Shown: positions 1 to 9,500, counted from the first letter of the stretch. The stretch: 64,000 bases of DNA from an uncultured Clostridia bacterium (GCA_947626065.1 CANQQT010000004.1:22774-86773), one strand, 5' to 3'. Notes: generated from the letters alone by a model not told the origin. Translations and numbers: made by a program.

Positions 1-837
1 TCCGCGGCGGTCGGCACCAACCTCGACGGCAAGGCCACGGCGGTCAAGGACGGCTCCATTCAGATCGGAGAAAAGACCTACATTGTCCGTGAGCTCGCTT
101 CTCAGGAAATGAAGAGCTCCGCGGGCGCTACGTGGGACGCCTCCACCGCCGGTAACGCCATCGGTACATGGTCCTCCTCCTTCGGAGAACAGATTGACGT
201 GGTCGTCTCCAACAACGACGGCATGGGCATGGCCATGTTCAACGCATGGTCTCAGGAAAACAAGGTTCCGACCTTCGGCTACGACGCCAACAGCGACGCG
301 GTCGCCGCAATCGCCAACGGCTACGGCGGGACGATCAGCCAGCACGCCGACGTTCAGGCTTACCTGACGCTCCGCGTCCTGCGCAATGCCCTTGACGGCG
401 TCGATATCGATACCGGTATCGGCACGCCCGACGAGGCCGGCAACGTCCTCAGCGACAAGGATTTCAAATACGTCGCTTCCGAGCGCTCCTACTATGCTCT
501 GAATCTTGCGGTTACGGCGGAGAACTATCAGGACTTCCTCGACGCGACCAAGCCCTACGCGCCGGTAGCGAAAGCCCTTTCCTCCGAAAAGCATGAGACG
601 AAGAAGGTTTGGCTGAACATCTACAACGCCGCGGACAACTTCCTGAGCGCCACCTATCAGCCCCTGCTTCAGGCTTACGACGATCTGCTGAATCTGGATG
701 TTGAGTACATCGGCGGCGACGGCCAGACCGAGTCCAACATCACCAACCGCCTCGGCAACCCCGGCCTGTATGACGCGTATGCCATCAACATGGTGAAAAC
801 CGATAACGCGTCGTCCTATACAACGCTGCTCAGCTGA
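1..837 (+). CDS. mglB: Sugar ABC transporter substrate-binding protein, MglB-like (5' end outside window)
   Basis: Frame 1 is open from base 1 to the stop at 835-837. The C-terminal half (NNDGMGMAMFNAW, FGYDAN, GTISQHADVQAY) resembles galactose/glucose-binding proteins. mglA/mglC-like genes follow. Confidence 0.75.
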   Translation, partial: SAAVGTNLDGKATAVKDGSIQIGEKTYIVRELASQEMKSSAGATWDASTAGNAIGTWSSSFGEQIDVVVSNNDGMGMAMFNAWSQENKVPTFGYDANSDAVAAIANGYGGTISQHADVQAYLTLRVLRNALDGVDIDTGIGTPDEAGNVLSDKDFKYVASERSYYALNLAVTAENYQDFLDATKPYAPVAKALSSEKHETKKVWLNIYNAADNFLSATYQPLLQAYDDLLNLDVEYIGGDGQTESNITNRLGNPGLYDAYAINMVKTDNASSYTTLLS

Positions 838-917
838 ATCGTTAGGCTTTGAAAAAGGCTGTGGGAACCGGTTTTTCCCACAGCCTTTTAATCCGTGAGA
901 TCTGCGGAGGTAATGCA

Positions 918-2423
918 GTGAATACAAACAACGATATCATTCTTTCGATTCGGGGAATGTCCAAATCCTTCGGGCGGAACAAGGTGCTTGACCATATCAA
1001 CTTCGATCTCCGGCGCGGGACCGTCATGGGTCTGATGGGAGAAAACGGCGCCGGAAAATCCACGATGATGAAGTGCCTCTTCGGAACCTATCCGAAGGAC
1101 GAGGGAGAAATTATCCTCGACGGAAAGGAAATCAATTTCTCCGGCGCGAAGGACGCGCTGGAAAACGGCATCGCGATGGTTCATCAGGAGCTGAATCAGT
1201 GCCTTGAGCGGAGCGTGATTGACAATCTCTTTCTCGGAAGATATCCCCGCAATTCCTTCGGCGTCATCGACGAAAAGCGCATGAAGGAGGAGGCGGCGGA
1301 GCTTTTCCGCAGTCTTGATATGACGGTCAATCTGACGGCCCCGATGCGGACCATGTCGGTGTCCCAGCGGCAGATGTGCGAGATCGCGAAGGCAATTTCC
1401 TACCATTCCAAAATTATTGTTCTCGACGAACCGACCTCCTCTCTTACCGAGCCGGAGGTGAAAAAGCTCTTCGGCATGATGCGGAAGCTGAAGGCGCAGG
1501 GGATTTCCCTGATTTACATTTCCCATAAAATGGACGAAATCTTTGAAATCTGCGATGAGATTTCAGTCCTGCGGGACGGCAAGCTGGTGGCGACCAAGAA
1601 GGCGAGCGAGACGAACATGAACGAGCTGATCGCCACGATGGTCGGTCGCTCTCTTGACAACCGCTTCCCGCCGGTTGATAACAGCCCGGGCAAACCGGTT
1701 CTCTCGGTTCAGCACCTTTCGACCAAATACGCCCCTCACCTGCGCGACGTCACCTTTGACGTCCGGGAGGGGGAGATCTTCGGGCTCTACGGCCTTGTCG
1801 GCGCGGGGAGAACCGAGCTTCTTGAGACCATCTTCGGCGTCCGGACGAGGGCGTCGGGGCGGGTGTATCTTGACGGAAAGCTGATGAACTTTGAAAGCGC
1901 CGAGGAGGCCATGGATCACGGCTTCGCCATGATTACCGAGGAAAGAAAGGCAAACGGTCTCTTCCTCAAGGGAGACCTTACCTTCAATACCACCATCGCT
2001 AACCTGAAGCATTACCGGACGGGGATTGCGCTTTCCGACCGGAAGATGGTGAAGGCCACGTCCAAGGAAATTGGCATCATGCATACCAAATGCATGGGGC
2101 CGGCCGATATGATCATCAATCTTTCGGGCGGCAACCAGCAGAAGGTCATTTTCGGAAAATGGCTCGAAAAGGATCCGAAAATATTCATGATGGACGAACC
2201 CACCCGGGGAATCGACGTCGGCGCCAAATATGAAATTTACGAACTGATTATCCGGATGGCGAAGGAGGGAAAGACCATCATCGTCGTCTCCTCCGAGATG
2301 CCGGAGATTCTCGGAATTACCAACCGTATCGGCGTCATGTCGGGCGGACGGCTTTCCGGCATCGTCAACACGAAGGAAACCAATCAGGAAGAACTTTTGC
2401 GGCTCAGCGCCATGTATTTGTAG
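918..2423 (+). CDS. mglA: Galactose/methyl-galactoside-type ABC transporter ATP-binding protein (two ATPase domains)
   Basis: Walker A GENGAGKST and signature LSGGNQQK are present. The protein is near-colinear with remembered E. coli MglA (MKCLFGTYPKDEGEI, MVHQELN, SHKMDEIFEICDE). GTG at 918 lies 7 nt after GGAGG (906-910); the upstream ORF extension from 849 is probably untranslated. Confidence 0.9.
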   Translation: MNTNNDIILSIRGMSKSFGRNKVLDHINFDLRRGTVMGLMGENGAGKSTMMKCLFGTYPKDEGEIILDGKEINFSGAKDALENGIAMVHQELNQCLERSVIDNLFLGRYPRNSFGVIDEKRMKEEAAELFRSLDMTVNLTAPMRTMSVSQRQMCEIAKAISYHSKIIVLDEPTSSLTEPEVKKLFGMMRKLKAQGISLIYISHKMDEIFEICDEISVLRDGKLVATKKASETNMNELIATMVGRSLDNRFPPVDNSPGKPVLSVQHLSTKYAPHLRDVTFDVREGEIFGLYGLVGAGRTELLETIFGVRTRASGRVYLDGKLMNFESAEEAMDHGFAMITEERKANGLFLKGDLTFNTTIANLKHYRTGIALSDRKMVKATSKEIGIMHTKCMGPADMIINLSGGNQQKVIFGKWLEKDPKIFMMDEPTRGIDVGAKYEIYELIIRMAKEGKTIIVVSSEMPEILGITNRIGVMSGGRLSGIVNTKETNQEELLRLSAMYL

Positions 2424-2436
2424 GAGGGACCCAGCT

Positions 2437-4122
2437 ATGAGTGAAATCAATGAAATTCTTCCGCTTGAGCGGGAGGAGGAGCTGCGCAGGCCGATTGACG
2501 AATACGTCGGCAGACTTCAGGGCGAAATCGACGCACTGCGGAAGGACGGCAGCGACAGAATTCAGGCCTTGACGACCCATATCCGCCACCTTAAGGAGGA
2601 CAAGGGTCTGACGAAGGCAGAGAGGGCGGAAGGGATTGCCGCCGACAAGAGCGCCATGGTCGAGGCACAGAAGGTCGAGGCGGCCAACCGCGCGGCGATT
2701 TCCGAAAAGATCAAGGACGCCGAGGGCTATTTAAAGGCACACTATACAGAGGAAGTCTATGGGCCGGTCAAGGAGGCCTGTCGGCAGGCGAAGGTCAAGG
2801 AAAAGGAAAACTACAGGAAAAAGCTCGCCGAGCTGAACCTGAAGCGGAAGGAAAACGTCGAGGCCTTAAAAAAGCTGACGGGAGCCGAGCGGAAGCAGGA
2901 AAAGAAGGACGAGAGGCACGTCTACAAGAGCCAGCGCTTTGACGTGCAGATGGTCTACCGGCAGGAGCTTCAGCACATCAAGGACCGGAAGCACGAGAGC
3001 TTTTCCTACCGTTATCATCTGATCGACCAGCTTCGCGCTTCCCATTTCACCTTCGCACAGGCGCAGGCGCAGAAATGGGAAAACAAGGGGTACACCTTCA
3101 ACCTCAAGGAATTTCTGCTGAAAAACGGACTGTACATTGTCATCGTGTTGATCTTCGTCGCGCTCGCCATCATCACACCGATGCGGAAGGGCACGCCGCT
3201 GATCACCTTCGGCAACGTGATGACGATTCTGCAGCAGGCCTCGCCGCGTATGTTCCTTGCGCTCGGCGTCGCGGGGCTGATTCTGCTCACCGGTACCGAC
3301 CTGTCCATCGGACGAATGGTCGGTATGGGCATGGTGGCCTCCACCATCATCATGCATCAGGGCCCGAATACCGGCGCCGTCTTCGGCCACGTTTTCGACC
3401 TGACGGCTCTTCCGGTTCCGGTGCGCGCGGTGCTGGCGCTGCTTGTGAGCATCCTGCTCTGCACGATGTTTACCTCCATCGCCGGAATCTTCACGGCGAA
3501 ATTCAAGATGCACCCCTTCATCGCCACGATGTCGAATATGCTGATGATCTTCGGACTTGTGACCTACGCCACAAAGGGCGTCTCCTTCGGAGCCATTGAG
3601 TCCTCCATTCCGAAGATGATCATCCCGAAAATCCGTATTCCGGGCGTGGGAGATATCCCGACCATCATTCTGTGGGCCGTCGCGGCGGTTGCCATCGTCT
3701 GGTTCATCTGGAATAAGACCCGGTTCGGAAAGAACCTTTACGCGGTCGGCGGAAACGCCGAGGCGGCGGCCGTTTCGGGAATCAACGTCTTCCTTGTGAC
3801 GCTCGGGGCCTTCATCATGGCGGGTATCCTCTACGGCTTCGGCTCATGGCTGGAGTGCGCGAGAATGACCGGTTCCGGCTCGGCGGCTTACGGTCAGGGC
3901 TGGGATATGGACGCCATCGCCTCCTGCGTGGTCGGCGGCGTCTCCTTCACGGGCGGTATCGGTAAGATTTCCGGCGTCGTTGTCGGCGTTCTGATTTTCA
4001 CCTCGCTGACCTACGCGCTGACGGTTCTCGGTATCGACACCAACCTCCAGTTCGTATTTGAGGGCATCATCATTCTGACGGCTGTCACCCTCGACTGCCT
4101 GAAATACGTAAGGAAAAAGTAA
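2437..4122 (+). CDS. mglC: MglC-type ABC permease with a ~230-aa charged coiled-coil N-terminal extension
   Basis: The C-terminal ~330 aa match the MglC pattern (TGTDLSIGR, NKTRFGKNLYAVGGN, LDCLKYVRKK). The N-terminal 230 aa are K/E/R-rich with no TM segment. Confidence 0.85.
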   Translation: MSEINEILPLEREEELRRPIDEYVGRLQGEIDALRKDGSDRIQALTTHIRHLKEDKGLTKAERAEGIAADKSAMVEAQKVEAANRAAISEKIKDAEGYLKAHYTEEVYGPVKEACRQAKVKEKENYRKKLAELNLKRKENVEALKKLTGAERKQEKKDERHVYKSQRFDVQMVYRQELQHIKDRKHESFSYRYHLIDQLRASHFTFAQAQAQKWENKGYTFNLKEFLLKNGLYIVIVLIFVALAIITPMRKGTPLITFGNVMTILQQASPRMFLALGVAGLILLTGTDLSIGRMVGMGMVASTIIMHQGPNTGAVFGHVFDLTALPVPVRAVLALLVSILLCTMFTSIAGIFTAKFKMHPFIATMSNMLMIFGLVTYATKGVSFGAIESSIPKMIIPKIRIPGVGDIPTIILWAVAAVAIVWFIWNKTRFGKNLYAVGGNAEAAAVSGINVFLVTLGAFIMAGILYGFGSWLECARMTGSGSAAYGQGWDMDAIASCVVGGVSFTGGIGKISGVVVGVLIFTSLTYALTVLGIDTNLQFVFEGIIILTAVTLDCLKYVRKK

Positions 4123-4163
4123 GCAATTTTCAAAAGCGAACAAGAAGCAGAAGCAAGAAAGCA

Positions 4164-4196
4164 CCCCCGCGAAGAAGGAATTCTTTTTCGCGGGGG
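4164..4196. terminator. GC-rich hairpin between convergent mglC and thrE-like genes
   Basis: CCCCCGCGAA (4164-4173) pairs with TTCGCGGGGG (4187-4196). U-rich sequence lies on both sides, so orientation is ambiguous. Confidence 0.45.
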
Positions 4197-4204
4197 CGCT
4201 CATT

Positions 4205-4585
4205 TTTCGGTTTTTGTGCTTTTTGCGTAGTTCTTGTATTTTTAGCGCCATGTGCGGTTGTTCTGCGGCTTGGCACTATTTTTTCCTTTTGCGCGTTAGC
4301 GTTTTTGTGCCGTATCGCGGTTTTGCTGTTTGGTCTCGCTTCATTTTTGCGCGTTTGCGCTTTTGCACCGCGTTGTGGTCGTTTTACTTCGTGGCGACTG
4401 TTTCGCTTTTTGCGTTTTTTCTGCCGGGGCGTTTTTACCTTTTTACTGCGTTTTTTGCGGTTTTTCGGCCTGTCGGCTTTTAGGGCTCCTGCGTTTTACC
4501 GCCTTTGCGATTTTTTCGGCCTTACAGCTTTTGCGTTTTTTCGGTTCTTGCGTTTTCGCTTTTTCTGCGGCCTTTGCGCTTTTAT
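4205..4585. repeat. A-depleted T/G-rich low-complexity tract with reiterated TTTTGCG-like motifs
   Basis: I counted 11 A in 4321-4560 (240 nt). TTTTGCG/TTTTCGG variants recur irregularly. The ORFs predicted here translate to F/L/C/R low-complexity sequence. Confidence 0.7.
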
Positions 4586-5040
4586 TCCTCAGTATTTTCC
4601 GCCGGTTTGCGGCGGAGAATGTGACGGGCGGCGGAGTTGGTGACGGCGACGGCGGCGGCGATGATTCCGGAAATCAGAACGGTGCGGGTTCCCGCCGCGA
4701 GGAATCCGTCGAGGTCGTTCTGTACGAGGCAGAGCATCGACCGGTAGAGCCCGATTCCGGGAACCAGCGGGATGAGGCTCGGCATGACGAAGACGGTGGC
4801 CGGCATACGGAAGAAGCGGGCGAAGAGCTCGGCGGACGCGGCGGCCAGAAAGGCGGCGGCAAAATATCCGATGAGCTCATGATGAAGCGCCACGGCGAGC
4901 AGTCGGTAGACAAAATAGGCGACTGCCCCCGACAGAGCCGAGAGGAAAAGGGCCTTGCGGGGGGCGGACATGAAAATTCCGTAGAGAAACACCGCGCCGA
5001 AGCAGACGGCAAGATCCCGCAGACAGAGAAGCGAAGTCAT
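4582..5040 (-). CDS. Threonine/serine exporter family protein, small subunit (ThrE_2 / YjjB-like)
   Basis: 152-aa polytopic membrane protein. It overlaps the upstream YjjP-like gene by 4 nt, the typical split ThrE arrangement. Confidence 0.75.
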   Translation of the reverse strand: MTSLLCLRDLAVCFGAVFLYGIFMSAPRKALFLSALSGAVAYFVYRLLAVALHHELIGYFAAAFLAAASAELFARFFRMPATVFVMPSLIPLVPGIGLYRSMLCLVQNDLDGFLAAGTRTVLISGIIAAAVAVTNSAARHILRRKPAENTEE

Positions 5041-5966
5041 AACAGCGGCCCTCCCGTAATGCTGAGATAGCAGGCGAGCACAAAGCCGACCCCGCCGGCG
5101 ATGGCGGCGGCGAGCAGGAGGGTTTCGGCAATCCGCGACACACCGGAAATCAAGTCTCCCGTCACGGTGTCGCGGATGGCGTTGGTGAGGGACATTCCGG
5201 GCAGGAGCGGCATAATCGCGCCGATGATGATGACGTTGACGTTTCCGATTCCGAAAAGGGAACAGAAGAGGACGGCGAAGAGGGCGATCAGCGCCGAGCC
5301 GAGAAAGGTGGTGGAGAAGGGATAGACGTTTTTCATGCGCCCGGAGAGGCAGAGAAGCTGTGCCGCGAAGGCCCCGACGAAGGAAACGAGAAAATCGAAG
5401 AGAACCGTCAGGGAGAGGGTCGGCTCAAAAAGAACGGTGAAGAGGGCGGAGGAAAGCCCGGCGGCAAGGCAGAGCGCCGGTCGGGAATAGAGGGCGTTGT
5501 TTTTCAGGGCAAGGAGCTTTTCCCGGAGCTGCGGCAGGGAGAGCTTCCCCTCGGCAAAGGCTCGGGAGTAGAAGTTGACCCGTTCGACTCGAAAGAGATT
5601 GACGGAGCGTCTCCCTACGCGCTTGACGGTGGAAAACCGTCTGTCCTCTCCGCTTCCGCTGATGAAAATCCCGGTCGGGAGGAAAAAGACCTCTCCGTCG
5701 GGGTCGCCGCCGGAGCGGCAGATGATGGCGGCGGTTTCCTCCGCGCGGAAGGTTTCCCCTCCGCTTTCAAGCAGAATTTCCCCGGCAAGAAGCGCCGTTT
5801 CGATAAGAAGGGAGCGGTCGGTGGCGGCGCCTTCTTCGGTCGCCGGGGAGCGCTTGCCCTCCCCGGACGGCGAAGGGACGATTTCCTCTTCGGTGGGCGA
5901 AGGGATGGTTTCCTCTTCGGGACGGGCTTCCGCTTTTTGCGTGATGTTGTCTTTGCTGTTTGTCAT
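5037..5966 (-). CDS. Threonine/serine exporter family protein, large subunit (ThrE / YjjP-like, DUF1212)
   Basis: Soluble N-terminal domain followed by TM helices. Start reassigned to ATG at 5966 (MTNSKD...), because the ORF's longer 5' extension overlaps the upstream Rrf2 gene. Confidence 0.75.
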   Translation of the reverse strand: MTNSKDNITQKAEARPEEETIPSPTEEEIVPSPSGEGKRSPATEEGAATDRSLLIETALLAGEILLESGGETFRAEETAAIICRSGGDPDGEVFFLPTGIFISGSGEDRRFSTVKRVGRRSVNLFRVERVNFYSRAFAEGKLSLPQLREKLLALKNNALYSRPALCLAAGLSSALFTVLFEPTLSLTVLFDFLVSFVGAFAAQLLCLSGRMKNVYPFSTTFLGSALIALFAVLFCSLFGIGNVNVIIIGAIMPLLPGMSLTNAIRDTVTGDLISGVSRIAETLLLAAAIAGGVGFVLACYLSITGGPLL

Positions 5967-5991
5967 GGGGTCTCTTTCTTCGATGCCTTTC

Positions 5992-6405
5992 TTACAGTGA
6001 GTCGGCGAGCGTGACGCTGTCGAGCTTGGTGGCAATCATCCGGTTGATTTCGTCAAAAACGCGGTTGAAGAAGCAACCGCAACGGTCGTCCTCTCCCTCG
6101 CAGAGGTCGCGGTGGCAGAGGGAATCCTCGGTGCGGCAACGGGAGATGACCAGCGGGCCCTCGGTGATCTCAATGATTCTGCGCAGGGTGATCTGCTCCG
6201 CCGGAAGGGAGAGGGAGTACCCGCCGTTTGCCCCTTTGAACGAAACGATCACGCCTCCGGCGGTCAGCTTCCCGAGAATTTTCAGGGTGAACCGCTGGGA
6301 GACGTCAATCAGCCCGGCGATTGTCTTGGCGTCGGTCACGCCCTGCCGCTGTGCAAGACAGCGCATAATGCGGAGCGCGTAATCGGTTTCCATCGTGATT
6401 TTCAT
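5992..6405 (-). CDS. Rrf2 family transcriptional regulator (probable Fe-S cluster binding)
   Basis: N-terminal winged HTH (METDYALRIMRCLA...) and a C-terminal cysteine cluster (CRTEDSLCHRDLCEGEDDRCGC), typical of Rrf2/IscR-like proteins. Confidence 0.9.
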   Translation of the reverse strand: MKITMETDYALRIMRCLAQRQGVTDAKTIAGLIDVSQRFTLKILGKLTAGGVIVSFKGANGGYSLSLPAEQITLRRIIEITEGPLVISRCRTEDSLCHRDLCEGEDDRCGCFFNRVFDEINRMIATKLDSVTLADSL

Positions 6406-6533
6406 GTTATACCTTCATCCTGAATATACTGATTCCATACCAATGATTATATTCCGCGCGCGGACTTTTGTCAAGTGCAAATTTCGCGGGAAGGCGTTTT
6501 GCGGGCCAAAAGCGGGCGGGAGGAGGAAGAATT

Positions 6534-7028
6534 TTGCGTATCGTACCGGAAAGAATCACGGAATACGGAAAGAACGACGCGGGGGAGCGATATTCCGTGA
6601 GGCTGGAAATTCCCCGCTTTGAGGGGGAGGAGGAGGTTTTTTCCGAGGCGAACGGATTCTATACCTCCCTCGCCGAGGCCGTCGCGGAGGAGGCGAAGCG
6701 GAAGGGGCAGACGGTGCTCTGCGAGCTTCACCGGGGCCTCTGTGAGGAGAATCTCTGTAGCTTTTTCCTCGATTTTCTGCGCTATCGGGACGGGAAGCTA
6801 CTTTTCTGCCGACGGATTTCCGACACAAGAGGGAGCGACGGGAGAATGCTTCCTCCCCCGGCGAAGCTGAGGAGGAAAATCCCGCCGGGCGGTGGCTGGT
6901 ATTTAGCGGGGCAGGACGTCGTTGTCTATGAAAACAGCTTCACACCCGGCAGAGAGCAGGGCGTGAGGCGTTCACAGTATTCCGAACTGATTCCCGAAAA
7001 GCGCTTTCCGATAAAGGATTTCCGATGA
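6534..7028 (+). CDS. Hypothetical protein
   Basis: TTG at 6534 follows GGAGGAGG by about 7 nt. No recognisable domain. GC3 is consistent with coding. Confidence 0.45.
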   Translation: MRIVPERITEYGKNDAGERYSVRLEIPRFEGEEEVFSEANGFYTSLAEAVAEEAKRKGQTVLCELHRGLCEENLCSFFLDFLRYRDGKLLFCRRISDTRGSDGRMLPPPAKLRRKIPPGGGWYLAGQDVVVYENSFTPGREQGVRRSQYSELIPEKRFPIKDFR

Positions 7029-7170
7029 GGGATTCCGGTAAAGGATTTCCATGAAGGCTTTCCGATGAAGAATTTCCGATAAAAGATTTCTTAAAGGATC
7101 TCCGATAAAGGATTTCCAATAGAGGTTTTCCGGTGAAGGCTTTCCAATGGAGGATTTCCGGGGGAAGGCC
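7005..7170. repeat. Degenerate 14-nt tandem repeat, about 12 units (consensus GATRARGATTTCC-like)
   Basis: Successive units read from the sequence: gataaaggatttcc, gatgagggattccg, gtaaaggatttcca, gatgaagaatttcc, gataaaggatttcc, aatggaggatttcc and others. The array starts in the last codons of the upstream CDS. Confidence 0.8.
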
Positions 7171-7172
7171 TT

Positions 7173-8456
7173 TTAAAGCGCGTCTCCTCCCGTCGCCGCA
7201 GACTCCGGCAGGGTGGGATTGTATTCCGCAAGAACCGGGGAAACGGTGCGGTAAACGCCGTCGCGGAAGAGGGTCAGAGTCACCTCTTCCCCCGGCGACA
7301 GGGAAGCGAGGGCGCTTTTCAGCGCGGCGCAGTCGGCGACCTTTTTCCCGTTGATTTCGGTGATGACGTCGCCGCGGACAATCCCCGCCGTCGCCGCCGG
7401 GCCCTTTTCCGTCACAGAGGCTACGTAGACTCCCTCGGAGAGCAGGCCGAGCTGATCGACGCGATTTCCGTAGAAGCGGGAATAATAGCGGTAGATTTCG
7501 GCTTCATCCTCGCCCGAAAGGCCGAGGGAGGCACGGCCACGGAGATAGCCGTAGCTTATGAGATCGGAGGCGATGGCGCTGGCGTCGGAGGCGGGCAGGC
7601 AGAAGCCGAGTCCTTCAATCTCCTCCGAGGCGTATTTCGCCGTCACGATGCCGACGACCTCCCCGGCGCTGTTGAAGGCCGGGCCGCCGGAATTTCCGTG
7701 GTTGACGGCGGCGTCAATCTGAAACATGGTGATGGGATTTCCGTCGGTGTTGATTTCCCGGTCAAGGGCGCTGACGACGCCCTTCGAGAGGGAAAAGGTC
7801 AGCTCGCCGAGAGGATTTCCGACGATGACGATATCTTCCCCGACCGAAAGGGCGTCGGAGTTTCCGACGGTGACGGCGCGGAGACCGGTGGCCTCGATTT
7901 TCAGAACCGCAAGGTCGGAGAGCTCGTTTTCATATCCGACGACCTCGGCGGGGTAGGTGTCGCCGTTTGCGAAGCTGACGGTAAATTCGGTGGAATTCTC
8001 GATGACGTGGCAGTTGGTGAGGATATAGCCGTCCTCTCTTATGACGAAGCCTGTGCCGGAGCTGGCGCTTGTGACGGTCTGCCCGAAAATGTTGGAGGTC
8101 GTCCCTTTGGCGGTGATTCCGACAATCGAGGGGAGGTTTTCCTCATAGATTTCCGACGCGGTGAGGGTGCGTCTCTGACCATCGGAGGAATCGGTGGCCG
8201 ATACCGGCAGTCCGGCGGGGAGATTCTGCTTTCCCCCGTCCGTTTCGGCGGAAGGGTTCTGTTCCGACGGCGCCGCCGTGCTGTCGGCAAGCGCCTGTGC
8301 TTCCGTCTCTGCGGCGGGGGCGGTTCCCCGGACGGCTCTTCCGACAAGGAAGGCGGCTCCGGCGCCTAGCAGGAAGGCGAAGAGGAGCAAAACGGCAAGA
8401 GCGGCGGTTTTCCGGTTGAAAAGGTTCTTTTGGGGAGTGGGTGTAGGAGAGTTCAT
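7173..8456 (-). CDS. htrA: HtrA/DegP-family trypsin-like serine protease with C-terminal PDZ domain
   Basis: N-terminal TM anchor. Catalytic motifs are TNCHVIE and GNSGGPAFN. A PDZ-like C-terminus is present (GDVITEINGKKV). Confidence 0.9.
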   Translation of the reverse strand: MNSPTPTPQKNLFNRKTAALAVLLLFAFLLGAGAAFLVGRAVRGTAPAAETEAQALADSTAAPSEQNPSAETDGGKQNLPAGLPVSATDSSDGQRRTLTASEIYEENLPSIVGITAKGTTSNIFGQTVTSASSGTGFVIREDGYILTNCHVIENSTEFTVSFANGDTYPAEVVGYENELSDLAVLKIEATGLRAVTVGNSDALSVGEDIVIVGNPLGELTFSLSKGVVSALDREINTDGNPITMFQIDAAVNHGNSGGPAFNSAGEVVGIVTAKYASEEIEGLGFCLPASDASAIASDLISYGYLRGRASLGLSGEDEAEIYRYYSRFYGNRVDQLGLLSEGVYVASVTEKGPAATAGIVRGDVITEINGKKVADCAALKSALASLSPGEEVTLTLFRDGVYRTVSPVLAEYNPTLPESAATGGDAL

Positions 8457-8573
8457 GTTTCAGCGGCCCTTCGGAAGGGGAAGGGCGCCTCCTTTCGCAG
8501 ATGTAGGGAAAAGCTTCCGGCGTCCCGACTCGCGGGGAGGCCTTTTTTCGTTTCCGATTCCATCATACCCCTT

Positions 8574-9371
8574 TTATGTGAAGGTCATGTGTTCGTTGTC
8601 TGAAAAAATACGGGATTTTTTCCTTTTCCGGTATTTTTTCACCGCCGCAAGGGCAAGGCAGAGGAGAAGAAGGCCCCACGCCGCCGGGAAAAGGAAGAAG
8701 AGCCGGTCGGCATACGAGGCGGAAAAAGCCGAAAGGAGGAGGAGAACCGGGCAGACGGGGAGAAAGAGGCGTATCGACAGCGTCGGGAAGAGGCCGACGC
8801 TTTTTTCGGGGGCAAGGGTAAGGAAGAGGGAAGCGGTATAGCAGAGGGGAAGCGGGAGGAGGCGCAGAATCAGCATTCTTGAAAGGCTTCCCCCGAAGAG
8901 GAGCGCGGCGGAGCCGAGGAGGCAGAGGAGCTGAAAGAGGAGGAAAAAGAGAGCCGACAGGCCGTGGCGGAGGCGTTTCCCTCTTGCGTTTTTCGGCTCG
9001 GGAAGGTACGCCGGGAGCAGAAAGGGAAGGCTTTGTCCTGCAAGAAGCGGGAAAACGTAGGGGGATACGGTGAAGCCGCCGAAATCGGAGAGAAGAAAGG
9101 CGGCGAAAAGGGCGGCAAAGCTCAGAAGATATTCGGCTCTCATGCGGGGCGACAGCGGCTTCCACAGAAAGGAAAGGAGAAAGCGGGCAAGGCAGAAGCC
9201 CGCCGTCATGAGGGCGAGGGTTTGGTTCAGCGGGGCAAAATCGAAGGAATCCCAAAAGGAATAGAAGGCCAGCGGGGGATAGGAAAGCGTGGCGAAAAGG
9301 ATCGAGAGGGCCGAAAAGAGAAGGGCGCAGAGCTGAATCAGCTTTCCGAGAAATTTTTGATAGGCTTCCAC
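8574..9371 (-). CDS. Polytopic membrane protein, function unknown
   Basis: GTG start at 9371 lies 7 nt after GGAGGAG. About 7 hydrophobic segments. No family recognised. Confidence 0.6.
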   Translation of the reverse strand: MEAYQKFLGKLIQLCALLFSALSILFATLSYPPLAFYSFWDSFDFAPLNQTLALMTAGFCLARFLLSFLWKPLSPRMRAEYLLSFAALFAAFLLSDFGGFTVSPYVFPLLAGQSLPFLLPAYLPEPKNARGKRLRHGLSALFFLLFQLLCLLGSAALLFGGSLSRMLILRLLPLPLCYTASLFLTLAPEKSVGLFPTLSIRLFLPVCPVLLLLSAFSASYADRLFFLFPAAWGLLLLCLALAAVKKYRKRKKSRIFSDNEHMTFT

Positions 9372-9500
9372 TTTTTTCTCCTCCGAAAAAATTTTCTTCC
9401 ATATCTTTTTCTGTCATTATTTTACCACGGCCGGCGCCGTTTGACAAGAGATTTTTCTTTTTTCGGCTTGTTAAGCGTCGAGCGGATAAATTGCCGGGTG

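Noticed and set aside
4214-5070. Three overlapping plus-strand ORFs (89, 112 and 246 aa) in the mglC/thrE spacer.
   Set aside because: They translate the A-depleted T/G-rich repeat into F/L/C/R low-complexity strings and run antisense into the thrE-like genes. No RBS is present.
7005-7170. Possible CRISPR array. The same question applies to the other tandem arrays at 9501, 39436, 44056 and 36545.
   Set aside because: The units follow each other directly with 14-38-nt periods and no unique spacers. The copies are degenerate rather than identical, and no cas genes are in the window.
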